Shown: positions 20,940 to 31,071, counted from the first letter of the stretch. The stretch is 64,000 nucleotides of DNA from Candidatus Gottesmanbacteria bacterium (GCA_030679255.1 JAUXTO010000013.1:84383-148382); one strand, 5' to 3'. The notes: generated by a model not told the origin, from the sequence alone. Program-made: numbers and translations.

Positions 20940-21773
20940 TTAATTGTTTAATTTATTTCTGTGTGGTAAGTAATTATGTTTCGAAACTATTGACCTGCCG
21001 AGACGTTTTTCTAAATTTCTCCTGGCTCCTCCTGCTATTCCTCCGCCGGCTATGGCATCGGATTTTAGCTTCGGAACTCCTTTGGAATCTTCATTTCGGT
21101 GAATTTCAGTGGTCGAGCGCTCTCCGAGCATTGTAAAGATCAACTCAAAGTCATCCATGTGGTCACGCAGATTTTCCTTCTTTAATCTTTTTAAATCTTT
21201 ATACTGACTCGGAGTAACACCAAATGTTGCTTTGGAAATTTCTGCGGTCAATATCTCGTAGTCTCTTTGTTCTTGCGCCCCACGGTTCTGCCACTCATCA
21301 GTGAGTTCCTCACGAATCGCAATACCACGCATACGCTTTTCAATCCAGTCATCGGGATACCCCTTCAGCTTGTACAACATCCTCGTCCTCTTGGTTGCTA
21401 ATTCTGGGTCCTCAATTTCTTTCACCCGCTCGTATCCTACGCGCGCGAGCCAACGCTTTAATGGCTCTGCCTTGGGAGAAGGAATTGACTGAATGAGACG
21501 AAATATTACTTCTGTGCTTGCGCAATCAGTAATGCGCATCCTTCCGTCTTCTGCGAGCATCTTCAAACCGTTACATTTTGTAACGGTTTCGTTTGATCCT
21601 TCATCAATGAGCCTTTTTTTGAGAACGCGCCAATAAACCTGGGGGTTTGCGCTCTCTGTTAACGCACCAACGACGTCTACTACCGAAAACCACCATTCGC
21701 CGTGATACAAAATCCTTCGGATAGTACGACCCTGAAATAGTGCAATTTTTGAAGTATCAGAAATTTGTTTCAT
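20940..21773 (-). CDS. Bro-N domain protein (phage antirepressor-like)
   Basis: IRR....EWWFSVVDVV..LT...YW..LK.RL, RLIQSIPSPKAEP.K.WLA and NLRDHM motifs. Confidence 0.85.
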   Translation of the reverse strand: MKQISDTSKIALFQGRTIRRILYHGEWWFSVVDVVGALTESANPQVYWRVLKKRLIDEGSNETVTKCNGLKMLAEDGRMRITDCASTEVIFRLIQSIPSPKAEPLKRWLARVGYERVKEIEDPELATKRTRMLYKLKGYPDDWIEKRMRGIAIREELTDEWQNRGAQEQRDYEILTAEISKATFGVTPSQYKDLKRLKKENLRDHMDDFELIFTMLGERSTTEIHRNEDSKGVPKLKSDAIAGGGIAGGARRNLEKRLGRSIVSKHNYLPHRNKLNN

Positions 21774-22507
21774 GGTTTATTCCAAACCCCAAATCCGTGA
21801 TCACCTGGAAATAATGTTATCTCTGTTGCCCTGTTCTCATCTTTAATTATTTCTTTTAATCTATTTACTACCCATTCAACTGGAAAATACGCTTGTCCTT
21901 TGGTGAACTCCTTTTTCTTCTCTTCAAGAGGTTTCCCACCAAAGTTTGTTAACGTGCTACCCAAAGTAATTAGGCAGAATTTTGGCTGTCTCCCATCAAA
22001 TTCTTCAGCCAGACTTAATGTTAAACCGCGAAGTGCAAACTTACTTGCGCAGTAAGTACTTCGATTCTTCATAGGAATTGTTCCAGCACCTGAACCGATA
22101 TTCATAACAAACGACTGTTTGGATTTTTTTAACCTATCAAGTAAATAACTTGTAAATAAGAAGGGGGCCATTATATTTACATTTAACATCGCTTTAAAAT
22201 CTTTCAAAGAAGATCTTTCAAACGGTGAATATATGCCTACTCCAGCGACGTTAATGAGTCCATCCAAAATTGGAAACGAACCACGTATTTTGTCACAAAT
22301 ATCGATAATTCTACGTGAATTATTAAAATCACAATTATAGTATGTAATAATACTCTTACCCGTTTGAGCTATGACCTCCCTAAGTTTCTTCTCTGACCTA
22401 CCGACGAGAATAAGTTGCGTTCCTTCCTCAGCCAATCTTGAGGTTAACGCGGATCCGATACCGCCGGATGCACCCGTAACAAGAAAAACTTTATTGTTTA
22501 ATAACAT
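21770..22507 (-). CDS. Short-chain dehydrogenase/reductase
   Basis: TGASGGIG, NVAG and YCASK (YxxxK). Confidence 0.9.
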   Translation of the reverse strand: MLLNNKVFLVTGASGGIGSALTSRLAEEGTQLILVGRSEKKLREVIAQTGKSIITYYNCDFNNSRRIIDICDKIRGSFPILDGLINVAGVGIYSPFERSSLKDFKAMLNVNIMAPFLFTSYLLDRLKKSKQSFVMNIGSGAGTIPMKNRSTYCASKFALRGLTLSLAEEFDGRQPKFCLITLGSTLTNFGGKPLEEKKKEFTKGQAYFPVEWVVNRLKEIIKDENRATEITLFPGDHGFGVWNKP

Positions 22508-22516
22508 ATCCCTTTT

Positions 22517-23263
22517 CTATCTGTGTTTTGACTGTAATTCCCACAATTTTGCGAACGTAATAAATATGCTAAACGCTTGATAAATGCTTTCGATTAAGCC
22601 GACCACTCCTGCGTGCCATCCGCCTTTTTTGATAAACGAATCCAAAAATCCGGTCAGCATGACACGCAAGAATCTCCACCACACGACGGGTGGATGACCA
22701 GCATCCAACCGAAGTTGCGCCTCAATACGTGACCACTCATTCGTTTTAGCAACCATCTCCTCGAGCGTCCGGTGGGTATCGTGGACTACTGCCCCATTTA
22801 GTCGACCCACAGCTCCGTTCACACGAGCCGTTTCATGAAGCGTTCCGTACCACTCTACGAGCGCATCTTTACGCATGAACCGCAATAGATATTCATCATT
22901 GGGCCACTGCGCACCCAAATAATAATTCTTCCTTCGTACTTCATATCCGTTGATGAGTGATGAGGAACGAGTGATGTGGTCTTGAATCTCTTTGCGTAGT
23001 TCTTCGGAAATTATCTCATCGGCATCGATATACAAAAGCCACTCACCATGGGCTTTTTCTTTTCCTATATTACGAAGCCCGGCAAAGTCACGGATATCTC
23101 CGGCCGAGACAACAATCGATCCCTTTTTATTCGCTAACTCCCGTGTGGTATCTGTGGATCCGCTGTCTACAACGATAACCTCATCCGCCCACGCAAGTGA
23201 TGACAAGCATTTTTCGATCCTTGCTTCTTCATTTCTGGCGATGACTATTGCTGATATTTTCAT
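22517..23263 (-). CDS. GT2 glycosyltransferase (WaaE/KdtX-like)
   Basis: ARNEE, VDSGSTD, YIDADE and LHE motifs. ATGA overlap supports start 23263. Confidence 0.85.
   Translation of the reverse strand: MKISAIVIARNEEARIEKCLSSLAWADEVIVVDSGSTDTTRELANKKGSIVVSAGDIRDFAGLRNIGKEKAHGEWLLYIDADEIISEELRKEIQDHITRSSSLINGYEVRRKNYYLGAQWPNDEYLLRFMRKDALVEWYGTLHETARVNGAVGRLNGAVVHDTHRTLEEMVAKTNEWSRIEAQLRLDAGHPPVVWWRFLRVMLTGFLDSFIKKGGWHAGVVGLIESIYQAFSIFITFAKLWELQSKHR
22949..22976. repeat. Degenerate heptamer array (AGTGATG)n inside the CDS
   Basis: gttgatg agtgatg aggaacg agtgatg, encoding HITRSSSLIN. Confidence 0.55.
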
Positions 23264-24198
23264 GCCTTTCCCCATCTTCCTGTAAATGCATCGACCACTG
23301 CTTTTCGATGCGTTGACGGTCCCGTCACGAAAAACCGTAGAGCTTCACGAGCAAGTGCAAATTTCGTCCGTATTGATGCATAGCGCATACCCATCAGCAG
23401 TCTGTTCCTAGTCATATAGTATTGATGGGTCTCACTTCCTACGCCGCTTGAACCCGCGTTCTTGTGCCAAACAACTGACTGCGGCGCGTACAGGAGTTTA
23501 TAGCCGGCGCGTTTGGCACGCAAACAATAATCCAGATCCTCTAGGTACGCGAAAAATTTCTCGTCAAATAGTCCGATTTTTTCAAACACCTCTTTCCGCA
23601 CCATCATGGAACAACCGGTGACAAATAGCGTCTCCTCTGTCTTATCATATTGTCCCTTATCCACTTCATCAACCCCACGGTGTGACGCGTACATATTCTC
23701 CCAGTCAATAAAACCTCCGGCGTACCAAATCACTTTTCCCAATTCCGTCTCTTGGTATCTTTCTTTATGATATTCCCGCCCCGACGCAAAATAAATTTTT
23801 GATCCGGCTATACCAACACGGCTATCGCGGCACGCATCAATAAGTGTTGTTAAAGCGTTTTTATCCACGACGGTATCGTTATTGAGAAGCCATACGAAGT
23901 CAGCTCCCTGTTCCCGCGCTCTCCGGATTCCGGCGTTATTGCCTCCCGAAAACCCAAGATTTCGACCGGTCTCAATTACTTCCACATCGGGAAAATTATT
24001 TCTGATAGCCTCCACAGAACCATCGGTAGACCCATTATCGACAACAATAACTTTGACTTTTTCAGCCAGAGGCTGATCCACCTTTGGCGGAGACTTTTGA
24101 CTTTTGACTTGCCGAAGCGAAGCGAGGCATTCAAGTGTATCTTTTTTACCATTCCAGTTAACCAGGATAATAGCGACGTATGATTTGATCATGATCAA
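23260..24198 (-). CDS. GT2 glycosyltransferase (WbbL/rhamnosyltransferase-like)
   Basis: LVNWNG, VDNGSTD, NLGFSGGNN, LLNND and FAYLEDLDY motifs. Confidence 0.9.
   Translation of the reverse strand: MIMIKSYVAIILVNWNGKKDTLECLASLRQVKSQKSPPKVDQPLAEKVKVIVVDNGSTDGSVEAIRNNFPDVEVIETGRNLGFSGGNNAGIRRAREQGADFVWLLNNDTVVDKNALTTLIDACRDSRVGIAGSKIYFASGREYHKERYQETELGKVIWYAGGFIDWENMYASHRGVDEVDKGQYDKTEETLFVTGCSMMVRKEVFEKIGLFDEKFFAYLEDLDYCLRAKRAGYKLLYAPQSVVWHKNAGSSGVGSETHQYYMTRNRLLMGMRYASIRTKFALAREALRFFVTGPSTHRKAVVDAFTGRWGKA
24051..24110. repeat. (TTTTGAC)n array interrupted by a 30-bp double-hairpin element (24062-24091)
   Basis: ctttgac tttt[TCAGCC-AGA-GGCTGA TCCACC-TTT-GGCGGA]gac ttttgac ttttgac tt. Confidence 0.85.
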
Positions 24199-24824
24199 TA
24201 TGTAACTATTCGGATTCTGGCATTTTGAATATTTGTATCATATTTAAGCGTCGATAATCCCATCACACGGTACGTTCTTGCGCCTGATTCAAGTGTGATC
24301 GCTGCTTCCTTTTTCGTAAGCACGGGTCCTTCCGAACTTACTTCACTAAACCAAACATCGTGTTTATCCGTCACATTATAAAGCTTGGCATACACTTGGC
24401 CGTTTGCGGTGGGAATCTTGAGATACACTTCAAACGTCACTGATTTAATGGCAGGATAATTGGCGGTATCGATAATAGCTTCTACTCCTGGAATGTCCTG
24501 CCAAACATTACTTTGAGTCATACCGGATCCAAACGAAATATAATATTCCTTTACACTCCCGCTTGTCTGCGGCGGCGAACGTTGTTCAGAATTAGTGGTA
24601 GGTAACGCATCTATACGCTCACGAAGTGCACTAATTTGAGTTTCACAGAATGATGAACATGCGTCTATCGGAGCTGGCGTGGGTAAAATACGTATAGTCG
24701 TTGCAGCCATTTCGCTTGGACGCACAGAGCGACCAGAAAATATCACAAGATCAAGCATCACGATATTCACCGTAAGGAGTAACAAAAACGACGCGACAAG
24801 CCCAATCTTAACGGTAGGTGGCAT
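24195..24824 (-). CDS. Membrane-anchored hypothetical protein
   Basis: N-terminal TM helix, Pro/Thr linker, CxxxC followed by a short coiled coil, and a beta-rich C-terminal domain. Overlaps both neighbours. Confidence 0.7.
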   Translation of the reverse strand: MPPTVKIGLVASFLLLLTVNIVMLDLVIFSGRSVRPSEMAATTIRILPTPAPIDACSSFCETQISALRERIDALPTTNSEQRSPPQTSGSVKEYYISFGSGMTQSNVWQDIPGVEAIIDTANYPAIKSVTFEVYLKIPTANGQVYAKLYNVTDKHDVWFSEVSSEGPVLTKKEAAITLESGARTYRVMGLSTLKYDTNIQNARIRIVTY

Positions 24825-25731
24825 ATTTACGTACCATACGGTACCACAGTTTCTTCATAACATTCGTAGTCTGAGAAATTTTGACGCTCAGCAACCAATA
24901 TCGAACCTCGCGCTGGGCTCGACTGATCTCCTCCTCCACATGGTTCATCGATACTTCACGCTCTATAAATTTTCCCATCTCCCATAATTTTGCATAGGTA
25001 CAAAATGTATAAAACGCTTGAAATACACTAAGCATTAGACCATGAAAACCGGCTTTATATCCGTATTGCAAAAAATATATTTTCAAAAAATCTGATAGTG
25101 GATAACGAATTACATCATGCCAATTTATTTGATTATGCAACTCCTTCAGATACAATGCCTCGCTGGTAGATGCTCGATCAATTTTCATGAGGTATTGATG
25201 AACTGATTCGTAATTATAATGAATATAGGGTTCTACCAGTTGTCCCGTAGACCCTGAAACCTCAATATATTCATGAATATGCATACATGGAAATTTACCG
25301 TTACCACGCCGAAACAATCGAAGCTGTCTGTCCGGCCACCATAATCCGTATTGAATCCATTTTCCAAACAGAATATTCTTTCTTGCTATCCAAAAGCCAT
25401 CGATCTGCTTGTTGGAAGCGGAGAAATTAGAATTGAGAACTCTATGTTTTATCTCCTGAGCTAATTCCGCAGGAATCACTTCATCTCCATCAAGATTGAG
25501 AATCCAGTCGCTTTTTGCTTTCACAAATCCCATATTTTTATTGATATTAAGCATGAGATTATTCTTAGCTTTATACACCTTTGCACCATACGATGTTGCA
25601 ATGCTCACGGTTCGATCGGAGGACTCATTGTCAATAACAATAATCTCGTCGGCCCAATGGAGAGCCGCAAGTGTACGACCAAGTTTCGCTTCTTCGTTGT
25701 ATACAGATAGAACAACACTTATCGTTTCCAT
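24808..25731 (-). CDS. GT2 glycosyltransferase (WaaE/KdtX-like)
   Basis: VYNEE, IDNESSD, LDGDE, PD.QLRLF and IHE motifs. Confidence 0.85.
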   Translation of the reverse strand: METISVVLSVYNEEAKLGRTLAALHWADEIIVIDNESSDRTVSIATSYGAKVYKAKNNLMLNINKNMGFVKAKSDWILNLDGDEVIPAELAQEIKHRVLNSNFSASNKQIDGFWIARKNILFGKWIQYGLWWPDRQLRLFRRGNGKFPCMHIHEYIEVSGSTGQLVEPYIHYNYESVHQYLMKIDRASTSEALYLKELHNQINWHDVIRYPLSDFLKIYFLQYGYKAGFHGLMLSVFQAFYTFCTYAKLWEMGKFIEREVSMNHVEEEISRAQREVRYWLLSVKISQTTNVMKKLWYRMVRKYATYR

Positions 25732-27179
25732 AATGTAGAAAGATTAGATGTAAGCGCACGTAATTTTTCACGTTCGAATACCCATACTATACCTCCAAAG
25801 AGTATACCACCCGTAATCACCGCAACTATAGTATTCGGAAGTGATGAACCAAAAAACATAATAATTCCAAAAGATAACATCACCTGTCCAATACTCCCGA
25901 TAAACGGTATTTGGACACAAGTCAGAAAAGAAAACGGAACTGCTCGCTGAGTAAGGATTACTACAAGAATAAGAGTCGATGTGATAAGAAGTAACGAAAA
26001 GGCAACTCCGTTAAATCCCAAAATAGGAAGAAGAGATACGGTAAGTACCCACGTGAGCAAGGTCCAAAGAATCATAAGTTTGAGTGTTGTTTTGATAAAC
26101 CCCAGCGCATTAAGTGCATTCGTGAGTGGAGTAGATAGACTTGCAATTGCAGAAGCAACGGCAAAGAGATAAAAAGAAAATACTGCAGGTTCCCATTTGC
26201 CGTAACGTGGAATAATCGCAATAAGTGGTTTGATTGCTATAATCATTGCGATTGTAATCGGAAAAATAGTTACTGACAACCCAAACAATGTTTTCTCTAT
26301 CGCGAGACGCAACCGTTCCTTATCATGCTGCAGTCTTGAGAAAGCAGGAAACGTTACGCGGATTACGCTATCCATGATGAGTCGCAATGGTACTTCCGCC
26401 CATTTCTTAGCCCAACCGATATACCCAATATGACTGAGAGGTAAAGCTCTTCCCAAAAACACCGTCAAAAGATCATCTTTAATAAGCGCTAAAAAAGAAT
26501 TTAATTGAAACGGAATGCCATACCTCATGAGATGCTTGGCGACCTCCCGAGAGATCCCAAATCCTGGTTTCCATGGAGCAACAATGTACATAGCAACAAA
26601 CCCGACTATTGCCCGTACTGCTACTGCCCAGGTAAAACTTGTTACGCCAAATCCAAGCCACGCGAGGAAAATTGCAGTTGAATAGAAACCAATAGTTTCA
26701 AGAATCTGCGGAATAATTAAAGTAGAAAATGCCAATTCCCGTTCAAGTAATATCGATGGAATAGTTTTCAGTGACGAAATAAAAAATGCAATAGCAAGTA
26801 CGCGTAAAAGCCATATACCGGAGTCATCAAGCCCATACCAACCGCCAATCGTTGTAGACCCGGCAAGCGCGATTATCACCGCAGAACCAACTAATATTTG
26901 TTGGATAGTAAATGTTGTCACGAGATCTTCACGCGTAAGTTTTTCCTTTTTTTGTATGAGCGCGGCGGCAAGACCGACATCAGAAAAGTATCCCAAAAAA
27001 GAAATTATTGCTGAAACAACATAAAATAATCCAAACACTTCGGGAGTTAAAAAAATGGTAAGAAAAATAGTCGCGACAAATGCGATAATCTGCAATATAA
27101 ATGTACGAGAGGTCAGCGCCACTACGCCTGCAATTGAACGCGCTTTTATCACTTCGATCCCAAATTCTTTATGAGCCAT
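25719..27179 (-). CDS. wzx: Wzx/MOP-family oligosaccharide flippase
   Basis: LTPEVFG, D.GL.AALIQKK, FPAFSRLQ and many TM helices. Confidence 0.85.
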   Translation of the reverse strand: MAHKEFGIEVIKARSIAGVVALTSRTFILQIIAFVATIFLTIFLTPEVFGLFYVVSAIISFLGYFSDVGLAAALIQKKEKLTREDLVTTFTIQQILVGSAVIIALAGSTTIGGWYGLDDSGIWLLRVLAIAFFISSLKTIPSILLERELAFSTLIIPQILETIGFYSTAIFLAWLGFGVTSFTWAVAVRAIVGFVAMYIVAPWKPGFGISREVAKHLMRYGIPFQLNSFLALIKDDLLTVFLGRALPLSHIGYIGWAKKWAEVPLRLIMDSVIRVTFPAFSRLQHDKERLRLAIEKTLFGLSVTIFPITIAMIIAIKPLIAIIPRYGKWEPAVFSFYLFAVASAIASLSTPLTNALNALGFIKTTLKLMILWTLLTWVLTVSLLPILGFNGVAFSLLLITSTLILVVILTQRAVPFSFLTCVQIPFIGSIGQVMLSFGIIMFFGSSLPNTIVAVITGGILFGGIVWVFEREKLRALTSNLSTLWKR

Positions 27180-27909
27180 AATCTTTTCGAATCCATGGAC
27201 GTGTCCAAAAAAGCCTCCAAAGACCTCTGAGGTCTCCCATTGCTGTTTTCATGACCCGCACGGTCGATCCGGGATTATCTATCCATGTCACTGGTTCTTC
27301 ATAGATCCTGTACCCTAATTTTTCGGCTAAAATAAGCAATTCACTATCAAAAAACCATTCATTATCTATCACGCGAGGAACGAGTCGTTCTGCCATATGT
27401 CTTGTGGTCGCTTTAAATCCGCACTGAGCATCAGAAAAATGTACCCAAAAAAATAATTTGATCAAGAGTATGTATCCTTTTGATGTTACGGTACGCAGAA
27501 TACTCCTACCATAAACCCGCGACCCACGGGCATTTCTTGTTCCAATTGCGATATCATACCCCCGCACAAGTGAACCAACTAAAGCAGGAAGATGCTTTAG
27601 ATCCGTTGAGAGATCCACGTCCATATACGCAACAAAATCTGTCGAAAGGGAGTCCCACGCAAATTTTACCGCACGTCCACGTCCTTTTTGATCCAAGTGG
27701 ATCACTCGGACGGACTTATCTTTCCGGGCTATATCCCGACCGATTGAGAGCGTGCTATCGGTAGAGGCATTATCCGCTATAGTTATGACCCAATCAAAAT
27801 CAGATAAATACTCTCCTGCGAAACGACAGAGTGTGCGGATGCACGCTAATAATTCCTTTTCTTCATTATAAACAGGAATAACGATATTAAGCGATAATTT
27901 TTTTGCCAT
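27169..27909 (-). CDS. Polyprenol-phosphate glycosyltransferase (GT2, Dpm/Alg5-like)
   Basis: IPVYNEE, KGRGRAV, YMDVDLS, DAQCGFKA and WFFDSELL motifs. Confidence 0.85.
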   Translation of the reverse strand: MAKKLSLNIVIPVYNEEKELLACIRTLCRFAGEYLSDFDWVITIADNASTDSTLSIGRDIARKDKSVRVIHLDQKGRGRAVKFAWDSLSTDFVAYMDVDLSTDLKHLPALVGSLVRGYDIAIGTRNARGSRVYGRSILRTVTSKGYILLIKLFFWVHFSDAQCGFKATTRHMAERLVPRVIDNEWFFDSELLILAEKLGYRIYEEPVTWIDNPGSTVRVMKTAMGDLRGLWRLFWTRPWIRKDYGS

Positions 27910-29551
27910 AGATACGTAAAAACAGTAAAACAACGAGTATGCTTATTATATTCCCCGCCGTGCGCACTGGAGTATTGGTAAAATGCAACTCCACGACACT
28001 CCGACCCGAGGGAATCCTGACCATCGGTAATCCATTCGTCTCGCGAGCTGTCTGGACTGATCCATTGACCCAGTATATCCACCCAGGGAAATAGACTCGA
28101 TTAAGCACGACTTCAATCGGATTATCCGTATAAACCGCAAGCTTTACGTATGTTTCCGTATTGATCTCTGTTTCTACCCGGTAACCCAATAACGGTTGAG
28201 TGCTGAGAATCTCACGCGCCACACGAGATGGATTTCCAGGCTTAACAAAAGATTGGGGTAAATATTCATCGGAAATTCCAGAAACACGCCACAGTAGTTC
28301 TGCTTCGCCCTCATACGATTCTACCGGTTTGTCATAGACATATTGGGGCACAAATACTTTAGCGTTTACTACAATGACTCCCATTATCATGATCACGGCA
28401 AGTCCTCTCCGTATCCACTTCCGGGATATCCAAAAAAGTATCGATCCCCCAAAAACAGATGCTGCAAATACTAACCCCGTGAGAAACCGCCATGGATATT
28501 GTACATATGCCAAACCCGGAATAATTTCCCATACCGGCTGTGAGACAGAAAGAAGCATGACAGCGCTTCCTATTCCAAATATACTCATAAATCCAATAGG
28601 GTGAATCCAAAATTCTTTTTTCAGACGCAACGCGGCCAAGACCACCCCAAGAACGCCCAATACTACGTGGAGTTTACCGATTTTAAAAGACATACCATCG
28701 ATACACCCGGGAGCAGAACCACCGTATCCCCACAACGAATTCCAAAGTTGTCCGATGCAAACAAAATGATTACGGAAATTTGCCGTGGCCCCAATCTGAC
28801 CTGCAACATTTGTATATCCCATCTCAGTGATGGCGGGAATCCAAAAAAAAGCGGACAGACCAAGTCCGACCAGAAGAAGTGAAAAATGATACGTAATGAG
28901 GGATGAGTGAAAACGTTTCGTAATCAATACATATGCCGCATAGAACACGAAACCTAATCCATAAAACACCACCGACACGAATCCCGTGATAGTGTGGGAC
29001 AGGATGATACCGGCCAGCCCCAATCCGCCTATCCATCCACCATGCTTGCGTCGGTTTAGATCTGTGTATAAATAAACTCCAAGAAATAAAAGTGGTAACA
29101 ATGCGTATGCCCATAGCTCGCCGAGCGCTCCCCGTACATATAACTGGACTGCGTGGTAGGGTGCATATGCATAGAGAAGACCGGCTATGATCCCACTCAG
29201 GTCACCAAACAGCATTCTGACAAAAACATACATCGTGATGGCAGCAATGATCATTCCCAATACCATGACTGCTTTGGTTGATCGAAGACCATCTAATCCT
29301 GCCGCGTAGAGGGAGCCTCCCAGATAGTAAGGGAGCGGACCATAAAAATTATATAACGGATATCCATAGCCATATCCGAGATCTGAAACCCACCGTACAG
29401 GAAATTGACCGTTTCGGATTGCTTTCCCCATGACAATGACTCGTGCGATCTGCGTATCATCATGCATCGAAAAATATCCCTTCGAAAGTATTGGCTGGAC
29501 AATGGGGATGCAAAGAATAATAAGAAAAACGATAATGAGTAATTTCTTCAT
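27887..29551 (-). CDS. PTPS-related/YfhO-like GT-C membrane protein
   Basis: HDD, FPVRW..DL.YGYGYP.YNFY, RGALGE and QYPWRFL motifs. Confidence 0.8.
   Translation of the reverse strand: MKKLLIIVFLIILCIPIVQPILSKGYFSMHDDTQIARVIVMGKAIRNGQFPVRWVSDLGYGYGYPLYNFYGPLPYYLGGSLYAAGLDGLRSTKAVMVLGMIIAAITMYVFVRMLFGDLSGIIAGLLYAYAPYHAVQLYVRGALGELWAYALLPLLFLGVYLYTDLNRRKHGGWIGGLGLAGIILSHTITGFVSVVFYGLGFVFYAAYVLITKRFHSSLITYHFSLLLVGLGLSAFFWIPAITEMGYTNVAGQIGATANFRNHFVCIGQLWNSLWGYGGSAPGCIDGMSFKIGKLHVVLGVLGVVLAALRLKKEFWIHPIGFMSIFGIGSAVMLLSVSQPVWEIIPGLAYVQYPWRFLTGLVFAASVFGGSILFWISRKWIRRGLAVIMIMGVIVVNAKVFVPQYVYDKPVESYEGEAELLWRVSGISDEYLPQSFVKPGNPSRVAREILSTQPLLGYRVETEINTETYVKLAVYTDNPIEVVLNRVYFPGWIYWVNGSVQTARETNGLPMVRIPSGRSVVELHFTNTPVRTAGNIISILVVLLFLRIYGKKIIA
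28878..28912. repeat. Degenerate heptamer array inside the CDS
   Basis: Coding strand tttcact catccct cattacg tatcatt tttcact, encoding FHSSLITYHFSL. Confidence 0.4.
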
Positions 29552-31071
29552 CGTCGGTATGTTTTAAACAAATACACAATATATACGAGCGCCCCAACAA
29601 ACGAAACGAAATCAGCAAGAAATCGAGGCACTGTCTCCCGAAACTCTGCGATGAACCGGTGGCTTCCCACGGGAACAGACACTTCAATAAATCCGTCAGG
29701 ATTCTGATATGATATTTTCGTAGGAACATTATTAATCATGATTCCCCACCCGGGATAATAGATGGTATTGAGCCGTACAACACTCTCTTCCGAGGTTTCA
29801 ATATGTGCGATGATGCGTTGTGTATTGAGATACTCATAGACTATTCTACCTCTCCCTGAACTAATAATAAGTCGTTCTGAAGATCTGGAATTTTGTATGC
29901 GTGACACCCAGCGTGGCATATATTCGTTCATAACCGTCGTGGTCCCCTCATTGGTCGTATAGTACCCTTCGTCACGATGAGTATATGAAATGTTATTCAG
30001 TGCACTCCATACTGGAATCGCAAGGATAAAAATCAATACGACCGAGAACAATACTTTTTGATTAACAAATTTTTCTGAAACCGATGCTACTACCCATGGC
30101 GTCATAAGCGTTCCCACAGCAAGAAACCGGAACGGGAACTGAACAAGTGTTGCAAAAGTAGGTATCTCCCATAATGACCGACTAAACGGAGATGCTAACC
30201 ACATGCTTATCAAAAAAAAGAACAAATAGATACCTACGGAATTTTTAATTGATAATCTTCTGAATTTTAAAAGAATTAAGAAGCAAGCAACAATTCCCGA
30301 TAATCCTACAAGCCAAAAATTTTGCAGGGTAAGAAAATATGCAAATGGATCTGATACCAAAACCATGTCAAACCGGATTAATTTCTTTTCCATGAGCGCG
30401 GGTAACCAAAAGAAAGTTGCCATAACTATTCCTAAAGCCAACAACCATAGATATTCAAATTTTGTTTTCACGAGTATAAAAACAAGTAAAACCAAAACAA
30501 AAAGAAGAGCGAGTGTATTATGGCTGACGATAAGAAATGCGATAGAAATAGGAAATAACCATTTTTTTCCACTTTCAATGCTATAGATACCCAGTGAAGC
30601 CGGAAAAAATGCAAGTATCTCACCCACAGACCCTCTCTTATACAAATCAAAAAGCAGGTACGGTGCACAAATAAATGCCAAGACGCCAACGCTACTTGAG
30701 AATCGTGAAAACTCCCTACGCAACCCTAAATAAAGTATTACCGCAGTGCCAATCACAGATCCGCCAAGCATGATCTTGACACTGTCAACAAATGTGAATC
30801 CTATGTAATGGAGTAAGGACCCAATGTAAAGAAATCCAGGGTATAAAAAATTAGCGACTGGATATCCGTAGCTATTATTCAATCTTCCCAAAAATCTTAC
30901 TGGAAATTGGTGATCTCTTAAGCTCTGATAAAAAGCGGAGAGCCGGATAATCATCCATTCTCCATCATCAGAGATATAAAACCCCGGACGAATAAGTGGC
31001 CATAAAACAACCATGATGGCAAGTACGACCAACAGAATGGGAAACAATGATTGTATCCGCTTTACATTCAT
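29548..31071 (-). CDS. PTPS-related/YfhO-like GT-C membrane protein (paralog of 27887-29551)
   Basis: SDDG, FPVRF...LN.SYGYP..NF, RGSVGE and QFPFRFL motifs. Confidence 0.8.
   Translation of the reverse strand: MNVKRIQSLFPILLVVLAIMVVLWPLIRPGFYISDDGEWMIIRLSAFYQSLRDHQFPVRFLGRLNNSYGYPVANFLYPGFLYIGSLLHYIGFTFVDSVKIMLGGSVIGTAVILYLGLRREFSRFSSSVGVLAFICAPYLLFDLYKRGSVGEILAFFPASLGIYSIESGKKWLFPISIAFLIVSHNTLALLFVLVLLVFILVKTKFEYLWLLALGIVMATFFWLPALMEKKLIRFDMVLVSDPFAYFLTLQNFWLVGLSGIVACFLILLKFRRLSIKNSVGIYLFFFLISMWLASPFSRSLWEIPTFATLVQFPFRFLAVGTLMTPWVVASVSEKFVNQKVLFSVVLIFILAIPVWSALNNISYTHRDEGYYTTNEGTTTVMNEYMPRWVSRIQNSRSSERLIISSGRGRIVYEYLNTQRIIAHIETSEESVVRLNTIYYPGWGIMINNVPTKISYQNPDGFIEVSVPVGSHRFIAEFRETVPRFLADFVSFVGALVYIVYLFKTYRR

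Noticed and set aside
20940-21773. Prophage suggested by the Bro-N gene
   Set aside because: There are no integrase, structural or replication phage genes nearby.
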